Positions 26,944-35,700 of a DNA stretch of 43,986 nt are shown here, one piece after another; positions within the stretch are counted from its first letter, which is position 1; every line of letters starts with the position of its first letter. The notes under the pieces were generated by a model. That model was not told where the DNA came from and ran no database searches. It saw nothing but the letters and a program-made list of their open reading frames with translations. The DNA lies in contig QKGR01000019.1 of NCBI GenBank assembly GCA_003250375.1, forward strand, positions 1 to 43,986, in the 5' to 3' direction. The translations under genes were made by a program, and so were the position numbers. Source of the stretch: Candidatus Shapirobacteria bacterium (lineage in GTDB: Bacteria > Patescibacteriota > Microgenomatia > UBA12405).

Positions 26944-27468
26944 ATGTCTGTAACAACCAAAACCGGTGATGATGGAAAAAGTAGATGGAGCCGCCTACAC
27001 CAAGGCTCCGGTGTGCCGAAGTGGGAAAAGATTGAAGTTGATAAGGATTGTGATTTGTTGGAAGCAGTCGGGAGTTTGGATGAATTGCAGGCGATGCTTG
27101 GGGTGGTGAAATTGAAGAATATTATGATAGGAGCGCCGCTGACCGATATTCAGAAAGATTTGTGGCAAATGATGGGTGTGTTGGCTTATGAAAAAGAGTG
27201 GAATGAAGTTGGGGATAGAATCGAATGGTTGGAAAAAGAAATTAAGGAAATGGAGGAGTCTTTGCCAAAAATTAGTGAGTTTGTGCTGCCTGGAGTGAGC
27301 GAAGTAGAGGCTGAATTAAATTTGGCTCGTACAATTTGCAGGAGAGCAGAAAGAAGATTGGTGGCTTTGTCCAAAGAGACTGGGTCTGGTAAAGTTGATA
27401 ATAGTTTGTTGATTTATATAAATAGAATGTCCGATTATTTATTTATTTTAGGAAGAGTTATTTTGTAG
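26944..27468 (+). CDS. pduO: PduO-type ATP:cob(I)alamin adenosyltransferase
   Basis: TKTGDDGKS N-terminal motif, LARTICRRAERRLV, and YINRMSDYLF. An extra roughly 20-aa insert follows the N-terminal motif. Confidence 0.85.
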   Translation: MSVTTKTGDDGKSRWSRLHQGSGVPKWEKIEVDKDCDLLEAVGSLDELQAMLGVVKLKNIMIGAPLTDIQKDLWQMMGVLAYEKEWNEVGDRIEWLEKEIKEMEESLPKISEFVLPGVSEVEAELNLARTICRRAERRLVALSKETGSGKVDNSLLIYINRMSDYLFILGRVIL

Positions 27469-27492
27469 GGACAGGTCGAGCCCCGTCCGTAC
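27465..27492. repeat. REP-like imperfect palindrome beginning with GTAG
   Basis: GTAGGGACAGGTCGAGCCCCGTCCGTAC overlaps the pduO stop. By hand alignment it shares about 22 of 28 positions with the palindrome region at 2322-2349. Confidence 0.5.
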
Positions 27493-27625
27493 GTTAAGGA
27501 AATAATTTAAAAATTTGAATCAGGTGTGAATCCTGAGCTGTGCCGCAATCGTGAAAGATCGCTTTCGTCCCTTTGGGACTACAGCGCATCGAAGCCGAAG
27601 CCTTAAATTCCGCCTCATCGGCGGA
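27493..27625 (+). promoter_or_regulatory. candidate cobalamin riboswitch
   Basis: AATCAGGTGTGAATCCTGAGCTGTGCCGCAATCGTGAAAG (27517-27556) follows the conserved cobalamin-riboswitch core. GAAGCCGAAGCCTTAA (27591-27606) is B12-box-like. TTAAGG (27494-27499) can pair with CCTTAA (27601-27606). The usual GGGAA is TTGAA here. Confidence 0.5.
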
Positions 27626-27663
27626 CTTGCATTGAATGGCAAGCTTTCGAGCAAAAAGTAATA

Positions 27664-28716
27664 ATGAGAGTAAGTACAAAAGAAAACCTAAATGGATTGG
27701 CTGCATGGTTGGTGGCAGCTGGACTTGTTGGTAGGCGGGTGAGGATAGACGATGATGATTTGAAATTATTGGGTAGTGGAAAAGCTGAAGAGGAGATAAG
27801 GCCAAGGTTTAAGAAGGCGACGGATGGACATTTTTTTGATGTAAATTCTAATTCTGCTGAAGAAGTGGCTAAAGTTTATAAAGAGGAGCGAAGAACTAAT
27901 AAGCCCGTAGAACGAGTAACAAGCTCTTCTCCGGTGGGAAGAAACGATGTCGATTTTAGTGAGTATAATGTGCATGCAATGGCAGAATGGGAGGCAACCC
28001 AAAGATCTTTTGATTTGGCTGAACAAAACTACAATTTAATTTTTTGGATTAGTGCTGAAGATGGGGCAATGGGCTTGTCACCAGAAGAGGCTAAGGAAAA
28101 AGGGTGTGTGTATAGCGACGGAAGGTTGAATATTTATTTCAAATCCGTAGACGCTAATGGCAATGTGGCTTTGAAAGGTAAGCATTTACCTTTATCTATT
28201 AATAGATTCTTATCATTTGAACTGGGGAAGCGGCTGGTGGAAATGGGGGGGATTACTCTTGGTAAGATGGAAGATGTTGAAGATCTGAGAGTGCAACCAA
28301 TAGGTTTCCGTTTGGATAATTTGGATGATTGGATAAAGAAATGTAGAGAGATGATGCCAGAGATGGGTGAGTTCTGGGATACGATTGAAAAAGGTGACGA
28401 TGTTCGACATCAGGAGGAGATGGAGAAGGTGGTATCTGAAGTGATGAGAAGATCTGGTGGGGATAATAGATGGTTTCAGATGGAAATGATGAGGAGGGGT
28501 TTTGAAATTAATACGTCTGGAAATCACGGAATGGGATATTTGGATAATGGAGTGGGAGGCCTCGTGCTAAATTTTAAAATTGAAAGGATTGGAGGAATGT
28601 TTTTTACTGAACCGAAAATTGATAGTAGAGGTAATTTGGTTTGTCCTGTTTGTGGTGCGAAAGTGGCGAATGACGATGTGAAATGTCGAGAATGTGGAAT
28701 AGGACTTAAAAAATAA
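27664..28716 (+). CDS. hypothetical protein with a C-terminal zinc ribbon (CPVCGAKV...CRECG)
   Basis: 350-aa ORF immediately downstream of the riboswitch-like leader. No family recognised. Confidence 0.55.
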   Translation: MRVSTKENLNGLAAWLVAAGLVGRRVRIDDDDLKLLGSGKAEEEIRPRFKKATDGHFFDVNSNSAEEVAKVYKEERRTNKPVERVTSSSPVGRNDVDFSEYNVHAMAEWEATQRSFDLAEQNYNLIFWISAEDGAMGLSPEEAKEKGCVYSDGRLNIYFKSVDANGNVALKGKHLPLSINRFLSFELGKRLVEMGGITLGKMEDVEDLRVQPIGFRLDNLDDWIKKCREMMPEMGEFWDTIEKGDDVRHQEEMEKVVSEVMRRSGGDNRWFQMEMMRRGFEINTSGNHGMGYLDNGVGGLVLNFKIERIGGMFFTEPKIDSRGNLVCPVCGAKVANDDVKCRECGIGLKK

Positions 28717-28736
28717 TCTGATGTATAATTTCCCAA

Positions 28737-28973
28737 ATGACAGAAAAAGGATTTGTGCCTTATAGACTTATCCATAGAGTTGTTTGCCCTAATGTAAGGG
28801 GTAAATATTATCTTCTTACCGGTGAGTCTCGTAATATATTGAAGAAGAGACGGGGGTGCAGTGAATGTTCGAATGGGTGGTGTGGTCGTTTGAAACGACT
28901 TTGTTCAATTAATGGTATGTTGTCGCATGAAAGATTTTATGATGGTGTGGAAATGAGACCGATAAAACAGTAG
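28737..28973 (+). CDS. small Cys-rich hypothetical protein (78 aa)
   Basis: ORF only. CPNV...CSECSNGWCGRLKRLC. Confidence 0.3.
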   Translation: MTEKGFVPYRLIHRVVCPNVRGKYYLLTGESRNILKKRRGCSECSNGWCGRLKRLCSINGMLSHERFYDGVEMRPIKQ

Positions 28974-28982
28974 AATTAAGTA

Positions 28983-29729
28983 ATGAAACATCAAAAAGGC
29001 GAGGTAAACCCTGGTGCTATTGTGGTAGGAATTATTCTGTTGGCGGTAGTGGGAGGATGGCTTTTCCCAAAGATGAATTGGGGGAGAGTGTCGTTGGGGT
29101 CGCCGGAAGTGGTGGTGGTTAATGGAGAAGCGAAATCTCAAGAATCGAATCAGATTGCGTCGTACACGGCCGGAGTGGATGCGGTGAATGACAAGAAAGA
29201 AGATGCAGTTAATGAAGTGAACTCCAAGGTAGATGATTTGATAAAAGCAATGAAGGATTTTGGAATTGAACCGGGAGATATTAAAACCAATAATATTAGC
29301 ATTTACCAAAACGAAGAGTCTTATTGGGATAATGGGGTGCAAAAATCGAGAAAAGGACAATGGAGAGTGAGTAATTCGATTGAGGTGACAATCCGAGATT
29401 TGGCAAGAGCTTCGGATTTGACTGGTATTTTAACTTCGAGTGGAGCCACAAATGTGTGGGGTCCAAATTTTAGGATGGACGACACTTCGGAAATTGAAAA
29501 AGGCTTGTTTGATGCGGCGATTGCCGATGCAAAGGAAAAAGCTGAGATTATTGCAAAGTCGTCGGGTAGAAAATTGGGCAAGATTATGTCGGTGGCTGAA
29601 GGTGAAATGATGAATGATATTTCACCAATGTACGCTGTTCGCGATGGAATGGGAGGTGGCGGAGCGTCGATTGAAGCAGGCAGTTCGACTGTGAGTAAAT
29701 CACTTACAGTGACGTTTGAGCTGAAGTAA
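28983..29729 (+). CDS. SIMPL / DUF541-family protein with an N-terminal membrane anchor
   Basis: TM segment (GAIVVGIILLAVVGGWL). DIKTNNISIYQ..., WRVSNSIEVTIRD and DAKEKAEIIAKSSGRKLGKI are typical of SIMPL-domain proteins. Confidence 0.75.
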   Translation: MKHQKGEVNPGAIVVGIILLAVVGGWLFPKMNWGRVSLGSPEVVVVNGEAKSQESNQIASYTAGVDAVNDKKEDAVNEVNSKVDDLIKAMKDFGIEPGDIKTNNISIYQNEESYWDNGVQKSRKGQWRVSNSIEVTIRDLARASDLTGILTSSGATNVWGPNFRMDDTSEIEKGLFDAAIADAKEKAEIIAKSSGRKLGKIMSVAEGEMMNDISPMYAVRDGMGGGGASIEAGSSTVSKSLTVTFELK

Positions 29730-29756
29730 AATCTGTTGTTTGTGATATATTTTGGT

Positions 29757-30125
29757 ATGAGAAAAAACGAGGTTGTTTTTCGGGGCTGGGTGGATATTGC
29801 TAAAGAAGAATTAAGAAAAGCCGTTCGTCCACACGGAGAACCTGTTAGAATTAATTTTGATACTAGAGGAATTTGGGTTGACACTAAACACAGATCTCCA
29901 GATGGGTTGTATAGGGTGGTTACGAATGTATTAACTGGGCAGGCTGAATTTGTCCCAAAAGATTTGGAATTTAATACAAGACCAGAGGTTTTGGTGTGTG
30001 CTTTATTGTCAAGAAGAATTAATTACAAAATTAATACAGGGGAAGGTCTTCAGAATGTGACTTTTGAAGAAGTTCAGGGCGACACACTATTGCTTATAAG
30101 AGAAGCTTATAGTCGTTGGAGTTGA
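29757..30125 (+). CDS. hypothetical protein
   Basis: The start was moved to the ATG at 29757 (MRKNEVV). TGaTATATT ends 5 nt upstream. Confidence 0.45.
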   Translation: MRKNEVVFRGWVDIAKEELRKAVRPHGEPVRINFDTRGIWVDTKHRSPDGLYRVVTNVLTGQAEFVPKDLEFNTRPEVLVCALLSRRINYKINTGEGLQNVTFEEVQGDTLLLIREAYSRWS

Positions 30126-30225
30126 AGAAGAGAAGATAAGGACTTGGCAGAATTACCGCAGTAGGGGGAGTTGATGGGGATTGAATTGGTTGAAGGAAAA
30201 AACTTTTGCGGGTAAAAATTAATAG

Positions 30226-30936
30226 ATGAAAACAAAAGCGATTAAGGTGAGTTTAATTTCGTACACCAAGAATCCTGAAGCGGTGGCGGTGGCAGCAATT
30301 AGACAATGTTATAGCAGTGTGGGAGCCAAAGAATTAAAGCAAAAAACGGACAAGGAAACTCAGAAAAGATTGATTGCCCAAGTACTAGCTTCGGGGCATA
30401 CGTCGACTTTGGAGCACGTGTCCTTTAGCTTTGCGGTGGAAGGAATTAGTAGAATTACGGAAGTTCAGTTGGTGCGCCATAGAATGGCGTCGTATTCGGT
30501 GCAATCGGGAAGGTATGTGAAGCGGGGAAAGGCAACTTATTCGATTCCTGCCAAAATTTTGGCCAACAAAGAAATTCTAAAAAAATATGAGAGAAAATTA
30601 AAGGAAATTCAGGATTTTTATAATGAAATGTTGGACGCGGGAGTGGCAGCGGAGGACGCTCGATTTATACAACCACAATCCTTGCAAACCAAGTTGGTGG
30701 TGACGATGAATGCCAGAGCCTTGTTGCATTTTTTTGAATTAAGATGTTGCCAAAGAGCCCAAAGTGAAATTCAGAAAATGGCTTATTTGATGCTGGGGGA
30801 AGTTCGAAAAGTGGCACCGCTATTGTTTGAAAATGCCGGTCCGAGTTGTGTGACCCAAAAGATTTGCTGGGAAGGAAATTTGAGCTGTGGAAGGTGGGAA
30901 AAAATTCCTGGAGCGGAATTGAGAGCGAGGGTGTAG
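30226..30936 (+). CDS. thyX: flavin-dependent thymidylate synthase
   Basis: ThyX signature RHRMASYSVQSGRY (RHRxxSxxxxSxR). Confidence 0.93.
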   Translation: MKTKAIKVSLISYTKNPEAVAVAAIRQCYSSVGAKELKQKTDKETQKRLIAQVLASGHTSTLEHVSFSFAVEGISRITEVQLVRHRMASYSVQSGRYVKRGKATYSIPAKILANKEILKKYERKLKEIQDFYNEMLDAGVAAEDARFIQPQSLQTKLVVTMNARALLHFFELRCCQRAQSEIQKMAYLMLGEVRKVAPLLFENAGPSCVTQKICWEGNLSCGRWEKIPGAELRARV

Positions 30937-30958
30937 TTAATCAGTTAATCAGTTAATC
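30935..30958. repeat. short tandem array of the octamer CAGTTAAT (about 3 units)
   Basis: AGTTAATCAGTTAATCAGTTAATC starts inside the thyX stop codon. Same unit as the array at 41173-41272. Confidence 0.85.
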
Positions 30959-30987
30959 GGATCGTTATAAGTTTATTTAAATATAAG

Positions 30988-31200
30988 ATGGCAGAACAAT
31001 TGAGCGGACCACAAGCACCAGAGCCAATACCAAGAAGATGGTGTTTTAAGTCAGATGATTTTAATGGTGAATGTACAGACAAGGATTGTGGAACTGTTGA
31101 TTGTATGTGGAGGAGGAGAGTTGGACTGGGTCGTAGTCCGACGGCGGGAAGGGATGGATTGCATATAGATAATAGTGCTAACTTTAAACGAGGAGTATGA
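30988..31200 (+). CDS. small Cys-rich hypothetical protein (70 aa)
   Basis: ORF only. Confidence 0.3.
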   Translation: MAEQLSGPQAPEPIPRRWCFKSDDFNGECTDKDCGTVDCMWRRRVGLGRSPTAGRDGLHIDNSANFKRGV

Positions 31201-31228
31201 AGTAAAATATGATAGTTAAATATTTCTT

Positions 31229-31287
31229 GTCATGATTTTTTTGCTTCACTCAAGTGCTGCGCCTTGAAATTACGCAAAAAACATGAC
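31229..31287 (+). other. long imperfect stem-loop upstream of glyA
   Basis: GTCATGATTTTTTTGC ... GCAAAAAACATGAC, with an inner CAAG-tgctgcgc-CTTG hairpin. Confidence 0.4.
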
Positions 31288-31305
31288 TGCGAAAATAAAT
31301 ATAAT

Positions 31306-31404
31306 ATGGACAAAATTTTTGAATTAATAAAATTGCCCACCTACGCCAAGGCTTCGGCGGGCTATTGTTTGTTTAATGTTAAGATTTGTTTGAAGGAGAG
31401 ATAA
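31306..31404 (+). CDS. candidate 32-codon upstream ORF abutting the glyA start
   Basis: MDKIFELIK... mimics the GlyA N-terminus (MDQIFNLIE). Its TAA stop is directly followed by the glyA ATG. It may be a relic rather than an expressed peptide. Confidence 0.3.
   Translation: MDKIFELIKLPTYAKASAGYCLFNVKICLKER
31335..31362. repeat. REP-like GC-rich imperfect palindrome
   Basis: GCCCACCTACGCC-aa-GGCTTCGGCGGGC, with about 10 of 13 arm positions complementary. Confidence 0.5.
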
Positions 31405-32739
31405 ATGGATCAAATTTTTAATCTGATTGAGCTGGAAGAAAAACGACAGGAAGAAACTTTGATGATGATTCCGTCGGAGAATTATACTTATCCGGAAGTA
31501 ATGAAGGCGGTAGGGTCCTGCTTAATGCAGAAGTATGCCGAAGGCTACCCAAAAAGGCGATATTATCAGGGGAATGAGGTGGTAGATGAAGTAGAGGATT
31601 TGTGTCGAAATCGAGCCTTGGAAGCATTTGGATTGGATGGGGAAAAATATCATGCCAATGTGCAGCCACATTCGGGTTGTGAGGCTAACTTGGGAGTTTA
31701 CAATACAATTTTGAATCCCGGGGATAAAATTTTGGCCATGTATTTGCCCGATGGCGGGCATTTGTCGCATGGGTGGAAATGGAAAGAGGAAAAGACGACT
31801 TTTGTGTCCAAAGTATTCGAGACTGAATTTTATCGTGTGAATCCAAAGACTAATTTGTTTGATTATGATGAAATTGAAAAATTGGCAATGGAATACAAGC
31901 CAAAGCTAATAATTTCGGGTGGTACGGCTTATGCCAGGGAAATTGATTACAAACGAATGAGGGAGATTGCGAAGAAAGTGGGGGCTTATTACCTAGCGGA
32001 TGTGTCGCATGAGGCGGGGCTGATTGCAGCGGGAGTGTGCCGATCCCCGTTTGAATTTGCTGATTTTGTGTCGATGACAACTCACAAGACCTTGAGGGGG
32101 CCAAGAGGGGCGATGGTGATTTGCAAGAAAGAACTTGGACACCAGTTAGATATGGCGATTATGCCAGGGCTGCAAGGCGGGCCACATATGCATTCGATTG
32201 CAGGAATTGCGGTGGCATTGGAAAAGACAAAATCTGAAGAATTTAAGGAATATGCCAGGCAGACAGTAAGGAATGCAAAGAAATTGGCAGAGGTATTGAT
32301 GGAAAAGGGTTATGAGGTGGTGTCGGGAGGAACGGATAAGCATTTGGTGCTACTGGATTTGAGGAAAAAGGATGGGGCCGCCTTCGATAAATCTACGTCG
32401 AGCCGAGGTTGGTTTGTGGCCTGGGCTTTGGAATATGCAGGCATTATTATGAATCGAAATACAGTGCCAAACGATTCTGGATCGCCATTTTATCCATCGG
32501 GACTGAGGATGGGAACACCGGCAATTACGACTCGAGGAATGAAAGAAGGAGAAATGGAAAAGATTGGAAATTGGCTGGATGAAATTGTACAAATTGTGGG
32601 CAAACGAGAGCTTCCCGAAGATGCTGAAGTGCGAAAAGCATACTTGGCACAATTTAAGGAGGAAATGAGGCTGAATAAAAGAATAGGGGAGATTGGGGAA
32701 GAAGTGAGGGAATTGTGCAAAAAGTTTCCGGTTGGATAA
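31405..32739 (+). CDS. glyA: serine hydroxymethyltransferase
   Basis: MMIPSENY, the THKTLRGPRG PLP-lysine motif, 444 aa. SD AAGGAG 8 nt upstream. Confidence 0.96.
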   Translation: MDQIFNLIELEEKRQEETLMMIPSENYTYPEVMKAVGSCLMQKYAEGYPKRRYYQGNEVVDEVEDLCRNRALEAFGLDGEKYHANVQPHSGCEANLGVYNTILNPGDKILAMYLPDGGHLSHGWKWKEEKTTFVSKVFETEFYRVNPKTNLFDYDEIEKLAMEYKPKLIISGGTAYAREIDYKRMREIAKKVGAYYLADVSHEAGLIAAGVCRSPFEFADFVSMTTHKTLRGPRGAMVICKKELGHQLDMAIMPGLQGGPHMHSIAGIAVALEKTKSEEFKEYARQTVRNAKKLAEVLMEKGYEVVSGGTDKHLVLLDLRKKDGAAFDKSTSSRGWFVAWALEYAGIIMNRNTVPNDSGSPFYPSGLRMGTPAITTRGMKEGEMEKIGNWLDEIVQIVGKRELPEDAEVRKAYLAQFKEEMRLNKRIGEIGEEVRELCKKFPVG

Positions 32740-32793
32740 TATTAGTCTTTCGACTGTTTTTGGCCTGTAAATTGCTTTATAATGAGGTGAGTT

Positions 32794-35700
32794 ATGATGA
32801 AATTTGGGATTAAATTTTGGGATTGGGTTAAGAATAAACCATTATTGACTGGGTTGATAATACTGCTAATTGTGATTACAGTGATGTCGATAAAGCCAGG
32901 ATTTTATTTGATGGGTTGGGATAATTACTCGTCGTATCTTAATTTAAATCAGAGTATCTTTAGAACCTTATTTGCCACGTGGAGAGAGTATAGGGGAGTA
33001 GGAGTGCCTTCGGATGCTGAGGTGACTGACGTTTTTAGATTGATTTTTGATTGGATAATACGTTGGGTGGTGCCAGAGGGATGGTTGGATCAGATTTATT
33101 ATATGGTGGCGTTGTGGTTGGGTGTGTTGGGAACATATTTGTTGGGGGTAAAAATAGGTAAAAATTTTGTGGCCAAGGATTGGAGTAGAAGAGGATTGGA
33201 CTTGTTGGGTGGATTGAGTGGTTTTTTGTATTTATTTAATTTAAATACTTTGTCTGTTTTTTATTCACCAATTATTCCTTTTACAAATAGGTATTATGGT
33301 TTACCGCTAGTTCTGTGGGCAGTGCTAAATCATGAGGAGAAACAAAGCAAGAAAAGCCTTTTGGTGCTGATGCTTATAGTTGTGATAACTTCGGGAAGTT
33401 TTATTACACCGACGGTTGTAATCACGACATTGTTGGCTTTGGGAATCTTTTGGTTGTTTAATTTGAATATAAAGAAAACAATTGCTTATGGTGCATTGTT
33501 CTTGGCTTTAAATGCTTTTTGGATGTTGCCGTTTGTGAATTATAGTAAAGAGAAGTCGGCATTAGTACCGTTGGCTAGGACTTTTGTAGAGATTAATGAA
33601 TCGACACTAAATCGTCCGGCGGACACATTTGACTGGACGAAACAAGCGTTGATGTATCCAAGCTTTTTGGATATAAATTTCCCGACTATTAATAAGGTTG
33701 AGGCAAATCTTCATCCTGACTTGGATAATTTTCAAAGTCAGACAGGACAATTATGGTTGATGCTTTTTGTAGTATTTTATGTGCTTGGTTCGGGGCTGAT
33801 TGTGATCGGATGGAAGAAATATATAAAAATGCTATGGGTACCTTTGTGGATATTAGTATTTTTATTTTTATCGATGAAGGAATATGGTCCAGGAGGAAGT
33901 GCGTATATATGGCTTAAGGACCATATACCTTATTTTGGAATAATCTTTAGAATTTCAGATACTAAATTCCATGCATATATAAATTTAGCGGGAAGTTTGG
34001 CTGGAGGATTGATGCTGTCTAGTTTAATTGTCAAATTAGGCAAGATAAAATACTTGAAATTTGCAGCTGCTCTTGTAGTTTTGGTTTTGGTGGGGTATGC
34101 TGTGAATTTCAGAAGTTACTTTAACGGAAATATGCTAGGTTTTTATGTGTATACAGTGATGCCGCAGGCTTATAAAGAAATTGCTAAGGTGGTAAATAGT
34201 GATAAGAGTAGTGGAAAATTGCTGCATTTGCCGATGAGTAATCAACACCATTATTGGAGATCTTTTGATTGGGGGTATATTGGATCGGCGTTTTTTAATT
34301 TTATGATCGATAGGCCGTATGTTGATATGACTTTCGAGCCAGCGAGTATGGAGAACGTGTTTGTCGATAGTAGAATTACGCAGTTGTTGGATAATCAATA
34401 CCTAACAGATGGCGAAGCTAGTAAGCGGAGTGAGGCTGAGAAATTTTTGAAGCTAATGAATCAGATGGGTGTGAGCTACATTATGGTGGATAATTCGATT
34501 GGTTCTGAAGTTGATGTTCGGAATTTGGTGTATACCAGTAAACAGTATGTGGCACGATCGGAATCAATGTTGAAAAGATTGGAGTCGATGGGGTTAGTGG
34601 AAAGGGTTGGAGGCTACAAAATAAATTTGAATGAAATGCTTGAGAGTTATAAAAAGATTTATCCGGTAACAAAAACAGGTTTGCCTGATGGAACTTTTGG
34701 AGATGAGGAAGTGATTCTTTATAAGGTGAAACAAGCAAAGAGTATATTTGAATTTGTACCGGCAGCTGTGGAGATAGATAGTTATTTGGATAATTTGGCT
34801 GAGACAGACTTGGAAAGTTCTGAGATGCTAATGAGGCAAAATAAAGAAGTAGCTGGAATAGTAGAGCCGATGAGTCGGCAGAATCATGAGGTTGAGATTG
34901 GCGAGAATCAAATTTCTTTAAATTATTCGGTGATGGCCGGTAAATATGTGGTGACTACTGGGGATGGAGATGCCGCTGTGGTGGAGGTGCAAGGTAATAT
35001 GAAGGGGAACAATTTAGAATTAGATTTCTATGATAGATATCTTCCGAATATAAATGGGATTGAGTATAGGAAGAAGGCTGGTTCGGTGGAATTTAAGAAT
35101 ATAAAATTAAGTGAAATAGGGGACTATAGCTTAGAAATTGAGGGTATGGAAGTGAACTTGGAGGGAGTAAATGAGAATAACCAAACATTGGCTTTACTTC
35201 TTTTGCATGGAGTAGATCAAAATGTTCGCTTGTACAAAAAAGAAATGAGTGAAGTGGTGGGTTGGGATGATTTTAGCGAAACAGTACCACTTAATTGTTA
35301 TGGTCCGGGCTTGAATGGTTTTGAAGGGAAAATTAGTGAAGTTGGTGGAAAATTGGAATTGGTAGCATCGAATGGTTCGGCATGTTCGAAGTCTTTGGTG
35401 GCTAGTGGCAGCGAGAGGATAAAGATTAAGATGAAGGCTAGTGCGGAAGTAATAAGTAAAGAGATGCCGAGTGGACTGCTTGGTAAGGCGATGGATGGAA
35501 TTGGTACGGTGGTACCTGAAGGTTATTGGTGTGTAAAATCGTCAGGAGAAGTGAATTGTAGTAATAAAATGCGACAAATTAAGTTGGGAAGTGATGAAAG
35601 AGAGTATGGTAGCGGTTGGTTGGATAATAGCTTGGGCCAAGCAGAAATAACTGTAGGCGTGGTTGCTAGTGGGGGAAATAAATTTAAAGAAAGGATTGGT

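Noticed and set aside
27494-27805. 103-aa minus-strand ORF across the pduO-downstream gap
   Set aside because: It overlaps the riboswitch-like element and the 5' end of ORF 27664-28716, and has no start signals. It is best explained as chance.
31335-31362. ZTP (pfl) or THF riboswitch upstream of glyA
   Set aside because: I could not find the conserved ZTP elements (GGGTCGTGAC... and CCGCCTGGGCA) or a THF-like core. The GC-rich segment fits the REP-like palindrome family better.
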